Below, piece by piece: positions 57,161-64,000 of a DNA stretch of 64,000 bases (the first letter of the stretch is position 1; each line of letters starts with the position of its first letter). Made by a program: the position numbers and the translations under genes. This DNA comes from the human T2T-CHM13v2.0 reference genome, Homo sapiens, in the NCBI RefSeq assembly GCF_009914755.1, contig NC_060938.1; one strand, given 5' to 3'. The notes below the pieces were generated by a model. It was not told the DNA's origin, searched no databases, and saw only the letters and a program-made list of their open reading frames with translations.

Positions 57161-57524
57161 TTATTCTGCTTAAATATTACTGGTAACAAATTACCCCAAA
57201 TTTGGTGGCATAAATCAGCAAAAATTTTCTAATACTTAGAAATTCTACGTGTCAAAGAAGCATAAGAAAGGAAAAACACTGCCCAAATTATACGAAAGAC
57301 ATCATTAAAGAGAACCCGTAGCATTCATCGAGGCCATTAACTAAAGGCAAGCTATTGAAAGAGCTGGATCAGTCGGACTCATCTCCCTCCCTCCCCTATA
57401 CACATTAAGGGTTCACCCCCTGGCCTTGGGGATCACATTCTAAACAAACTGAACTCTGGTAAGGGATCTTAGTGTGAATATTGGGTCTGAAAATAAAGGT
57501 GCTAAATTACTTCAGACCTTTACA

Positions 57525-57870
57525 AAGACATATAGTTGCTTATAGTAGCCTCTAATGATCCTTTGAATTTCTCTGGTATAATTAGTAATGTCTCCTTTTT
57601 CATCTCTGATTTTATTTATTTGGCTCTTCTCTCTTTTTTTCTCAGTTAGTCTGGCTAAAGGTTTGTCAATTTTGTTTTATCTTTTCAAAAAATAAACTTC
57701 TCATTCCATTGATATTTTGTATTGTTTTCTTCTTGGCAATTTCATCTATTTCTGTTCTGATCTGTATTATTTATTTTCTTCTACTAAATTTGAGTTTGAT
57801 TTGCTCTTTCTTTTCTACTTCTTTAAGATGCATTGTTAGGTTGTTTATTTGAAGTTTTTCTACTTTTTTT
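57525..57870 (-). mobile_element. L1MA/L1PB ORF2 fragment within the retroposed segment
   Basis: CTCTAATGATCCTTTGAATTTCT...TTAGTCTGGCTAAAGGTTTGTCAATTTTG...TTTAAGATGCATTGTTAGGTTG. Confidence 0.8.
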
Positions 57871-57909
57871 AGTAATTCTTCAGAACTTCTCACTTAATAT
57901 TTACCTCCT

Positions 57910-58242
57910 TGTAATGGTTAACTTTATATGTTAACTTACAGGTTGTTTTGGGGTGAGATGAACATTTAAATTGGTGAACTTTGAGTAAGTAGCTCTCTAT
58001 AATATGGGTGGGGCTCGTCCAATCAATTGATTGCCTGACTAGAACAAAATGATTGGCATCCTTTCGCAGGAAGGTATTCTCCAGCCAACTGCCTTTAGCG
58101 AGGAACTGTATTTACCTTCCTGGGCTGTCCTCCAGCTCCAGCCGGCCAGCCCATGCTGCAGCTTTTGGACTTACTAGTATCCATAATTATGTGACTAATT
58201 GCATATAATCAATCTCTCTCCCTCTTTCCCTAGACACATACG

Positions 58243-58291
<49 letters not shown>

Positions 58292-58333
58292 ATTCTATTG
58301 GTTCTGTTTCCCTGCAGAACCCTGACTAATGCA
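57910..58333 (+). mobile_element. MLT2B-like ERVL LTR with (CA)n, within the retroposed segment
   Basis: TGTAATGGTTAACTTTATATGTTAACTT...(CA)n...CTATTGGTTCTGTTTCCCTGCAGAACCCTGACTAATGCA. Confidence 0.85.
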
Positions 58334-58799
58334 TCCTTAGACCCTTTTTGATTGGTTATTTCTGCTTTTATTCATTTACATTCCTTAAAATCTCTGTTTT
58401 GTCATTGTAGGAGGAAAATTAGAAGACAAGTATCCTCATTTCCACCTGGATCCAGTCTTTCTTCCTTATTACTTTTATTAACAATATCAGTTAAGGTTTA
58501 TATGGATGTCTTGCTTTGGCCTGTACAAAAAACTACTTTGTATATGCCTTATTTTATTAATTTTGCTTCTGAATTTCATCAAATTCTCTGATCATAACTC
58601 TATATTCTTGTAAGGAATGCTCAGAATTATACTATTTCACTCCAAATTTTATGATTATTGAGACGAAACTGGGTATAGAAGGTTGTGGGACCAGTTTGTA
58701 ATTTATTGCTTTAAAATTTGGTCAAGCCACTCAAATTCTCTAGCTGTACCTATGAAATAGCTTTAATATTTTAATCCCCTGCATTTTCTTTGAATAATA

Positions 58800-59037
58800 T
58801 GGAGTTTGAATTGAAGTGGTCCTGAATTTGAGTGCTGCATATGCTACTTTTGAGATATGTGATCTTGAGCAAGTTGCTTAATCACATTAAGCCTCAATTC
58901 TCTCATCTTTAAAATAGAAAAAATAATAGCTACTTTACAGTGTTGAGAAAAGAATAAGATGAAACAGTTTATTAAAAACATAGAAGAGTGATTAAGACAT
59001 AATAAAGTCTACATAAATTGTGCCTATTGTTATTACT
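58800..59037 (+). mobile_element. MIR SINE at the 3' end of the retroposed segment
   Basis: TGTGATCTTGAGCAAGTTGCTTAA...GCCTCAATTCTCTCATCTTTAAAATAG...ATAATAGCTACTTTACAG. Confidence 0.8.
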
Positions 59038-59289
59038 AATAAAAAAAAAGAAATTCTACGTGTCAGGAATTTGAACAAATTACAGCTGGATTTGCATATT
59101 TCTTCCACAAGATGTATGTGGTCCCATCTGATAATAGGGAATTGGTTGGTAACTGGAATCTTCTTGGAAACCTCTTAAATCACAGATCTTGCACTTGTAC
59201 TGGGATAATCTGGAGTGTGTGCTCCGCTGAGTTTGTTGACCAAATCACCTACAGGTGAACTCTCCATATATGTATTTTCCTAGTCAATT

Positions 59290-61060
<1,771 letters not shown>

Positions 61061-61061
61061 A

Positions 61062-63418
61062 TCTTTTATCTCAGGTTTGGGAGTACATGTGCAGGTTTGT
61101 TGCACAGGTAAATTGTGTGTTGCTGGGCTTTGGTGTACAAGCTTTCACCCAGGTAGTAAATTGTACCTGATAGGTAGTTTTCTCCTCACCTTCCTCCCAC
61201 CCTCAAACCTCAAGGTATCTCCAGTGTCTATTATTTCTGTCTGTGTGTCCATGTGTACTCAATGTTTAGCTCCCCTTATAAGTAAGAACATACAGTATAT
61301 GGTTTTCTGTTTTTGTGTTAGTTTGCTTAGGATAATGACTTCCAGCTGCATCCATATGATTGCAAAGGACATGATTTCATTCTTTTTTATGGCTGTGTAT
61401 TATTCCATAGGGTATATGTACCACATTTTCTTTATCCAGTCTACTGTTGATGGGCATGTAAGTTGAATCCATGTTTTTGCTATTGTGAAAAGTGCTGTAA
61501 TAAACATACATGCTTATGTGTCTTTACAGTAGAATAATTTCTATTCTTTTGGGTATATATCCAGTAATGAGACTGCTGGGTTGAATGGTAGTTCTCTTCT
61601 AAGTTCTTTGGAAAATCTCAAAACTGCTCTCCACAGTGGCTGAACTAATTTACATTCCCACCAACAAAATATAAGTGTTCTCTTTGAGAAGTGTTCAAAG
61701 TTCTACTTTGAGAAGTGTCTGTTCATGTCCTTTGCCCATATTTTAATGGGGTTGCTTGTTGATTTGTTTAAATTCTCTATATATTCTGTATATTAGACCT
61801 TTGTCAGACACATAGCTTGCAAATATTTTCTCCTATTCTGTAGGTTGTCTGTTTACTCTGCTGATAGTTTTGTTTGCTGTGCAGAAGATTTTTAGTTTAA
61901 TTAGGCTCCATTTGTCAATTTTTTGTTCTGTTGCAATTGCTTTTGGAGTCTTTGCCGTGAAATTTTTGTCAAAGCCTATATCCAGAATGGTATTCCTAGA
62001 TTTTCTTCTAGGGTGTTTATAGCTTTAGGTTTTACATTTAAGTCTTTAATCCATCTTGAATGGTTTTTGTATACTGTATAAGGAAGGGGTCCTGTTTCAG
62101 TCTCCTGCATATAGCTAGCCAGTTATCCCAGCACTATTTATTGAATAGGGAGCCATTTCCTCCATACTTGTTATTGTCAGTTTTGCTAAAGACCAGATGG
62201 TTGTAGGTGTGCGACTTTATTTCTGGTTTCTCTAACCTGTTCCATTGGCTTATGTGTCTGTTTTTGTACCAATACCACACTATTTTAGTTACTGTAGCCT
62301 TGCAGTATAGTCTGAAATTGGGTAATGTGATGCCTACAGCTTTGTTTATTTCACTTGGATTGCTTTAGCTATTTGGGCTCCTTATTTGATTTTCTATGGA
62401 TTCTAAAACAGCTTTTCCTAACTTTGTGAAATAAGTTTGGTAGTTTGATAGGAATAGCATTGAATTTGTAAATTGCTTTGTGAAGTAGAACTATTTTGAC
62501 AATATTGATTCTTCCTATACATGAGCATGGAATATTTTTCCATTTGTTTATGTTGTCACTGATTTCTTTCAGCAGTGTTTTGTAATTCCCGTTGTATAGA
62601 TATTTCACTTCCCTGTTTAGCTGTATTCCTAAGTATTTTATCCTGTCAGTGACAGTTGTGAATTGAATTGAGTTCTTGATTTGGACTTCAGGGATTTTTT
62701 TTTTTTTTTGTATTTCTTTGGCATTGGTGGTAATGTCAACTTTGTCATTTCTGATTGTGTTTACTTGGGTCTTCTCTCTTTTTTATTAGTCAAGCTAATG
62801 GTCTATCAATCTTATTTATTCTTTCAGATGACCAACTTTTGCTTTCTTTGATTTTTTTGTATGGATTTTTGCATCTCAATATTGTTCAATTCAGCTCTGA
62901 TTTTTTTAAATATGTTTTCCTGACAGCTTTGAGGTTGGTTTGCTATTGTTTTTCTAGTTCTTCTAGGTGTGATGTTAAGTTGTTGATTTGAGAGCTTTCT
63001 AACTTTTTGATGTAGGCATTTAGTGCTATAAAATTTCCTCTTAACACTTCTGTAGTTATGTCCCAGAAATTCTGGTGTGTTGTATTTGTTGTCATTAGTT
63101 TCAAATAATTTCTTTATTTCTGCCTTAATTTCATTCTCTACTCAAAGATAATTCAGGAGTAGATTGTTTAATTTCCATGTAATTGTATGGGTTCAAAATA
63201 TCTTCTTGGGATTGATTTCTATTTTTGTTGTGCTGTAGTCTGAGAGTGTGGTTGATATGATTTTATTTTATTTGAATTTGCTAAGAATTGCTTTATAGCC
63301 AAGCATGTGGTCAATCTTACAGTATGTGCCATGTGCTAATGAGAAGAATACATTTTCTGTTGTTGTGTGGAGTGTTCCATAGATTTCTGTTAGTTCCATT
63401 TTGTCAAGTGTTGAGTTC
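61062..63418 (-). mobile_element. L1PA13-16-like element: 3' UTR and decayed ORF2 with internal deletions
   Basis: GTACATGTGCAGGTTTGTT...GGTAAATTGTGTGTTGCTG start; minus frame [31 protein letters not shown] (62369-62608). Confidence 0.88.
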
Positions 63419-63562
63419 AGCTATTTGGAAGGCTGAGGTGGGAGGATTGTTTGAGCCCAGGTGATTGAGGTGGAAGTGAACCATGATTATGCCACTACAC
63501 CCTAGATCGAGTGACAGAGTGAGATCCTGTCCCCTAAAAAACATAAAATAAAGTAAAATAAA
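63418..63562 (+). mobile_element. AluJ/FRAM right-arm fragment with A-rich tail
   Basis: CAGCTATTTGGAAGGCTGAGGTGGGAGGATTGTTTGAGCCCAGG...GACAGAGTGAGATCCTGTC. Confidence 0.85.
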
Positions 63563-64000
63563 ATCCTTAGGAGCAAATTTAGCAAAGCATGTGAAAAATA
63601 TGTACACTGAAAACTATAAAGCACTGATGAAAGAAATTGGAGGATACACAAATAAATGAAAAGATAGCTTATGTTCATGGATTGAAATAATTAATATTGT
63701 TAAAATGCACATTACCCAAAACAATCTAATCTACAAATTGAATGAAATTTTGATGAATATTTCAATGTCATTTTTCACAGAAATAGAAAAAACAATGCTA
63801 AAATTTGTATGGAACCAGAAAGACCTTAAATAGGCAAAGCAATACTGAGCAAAAGGAACAAAGCTAGAAGCATCTTACTCTTTTATTTCAAAACAGCATG
63901 GTACTAGCATACAAACAGACACACAAGCCAATGGAACAGGATAGAAAGTCCAGAAATAAATCTAGGTATTTATGGTCAATTGAAATCTAGGTATTTATGG
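63563..64000 (+). mobile_element. L1M ORF2 fragment running off the window
   Basis: TACACTGAAAACTATAAAGCACTGATGAAAGAAATT...TGTTCATGGATTG...CAATGGAACAGGATAGAAAGTCCAGAAATAAA. Confidence 0.85.

Larger units (their letters stand above)
57255..59048 (+). other. L1-mediated retroposed segment (orphan 3' transduction or processed non-coding RNA copy)
   Basis: Perfect 17-bp TSD AGAAATTCTACGTGTCA (57238-57254, 59049-59065); TT/AGAA endonuclease-type site; A-tail 59041-59049; AATAAA at 59001 and 59038. Confidence 0.85.
57165..59270 (-). mobile_element. Old MLT1 LTR split by a 1.8-kb insertion (halves ~57165-57254 and 59049-59270)
   Basis: GTAACAAATTACCCCAAATTTGGTGGCATAAA...AATTCTACGTGTCA continues as GGAATTTGAACA...CAGCTGG once the insert is removed. 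Confidence 0.7.

Overview
AT-rich, repeat-dense primate genomic DNA, very probably human because it carries an L1HS pre-Ta insertion. I cannot identify a protein-coding gene; the window looks intronic or intergenic. The main feature is a ~22.5-kb satellite array (15.63-38.10 kb, SATR1/SATR2-like) of about 300 internally palindromic monomers of ~75 bp. It flips orientation at least seven times, has the overall shape of a large imperfect inverted repeat, appears to contain a partial duplicate of itself, and records a multi-step template-switch insertion. The flanks hold ordinary Alu, L1, L2, MIR, MaLR/ERVL LTR, LTR12-type and Tigger2 remnants. Four flank features are unusual: (1) a young L1HS pre-Ta carrying a ~240-bp 3' transduction, inserted in an Alu tail; (2) a 285-bp locally templated insertion splitting that same Alu; (3) a 1.8-kb polyadenylated orphan retrocopy or transduction with a perfect 17-bp target-site duplication (TSD); (4) an unexplained ~100-bp hairpin at 3.74-3.84 kb. 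Nearly all ORFs in the supplied track are satellite or transposon artefacts. Subfamily names come from recalled consensus features, and all alignments were done by eye, not by a search.
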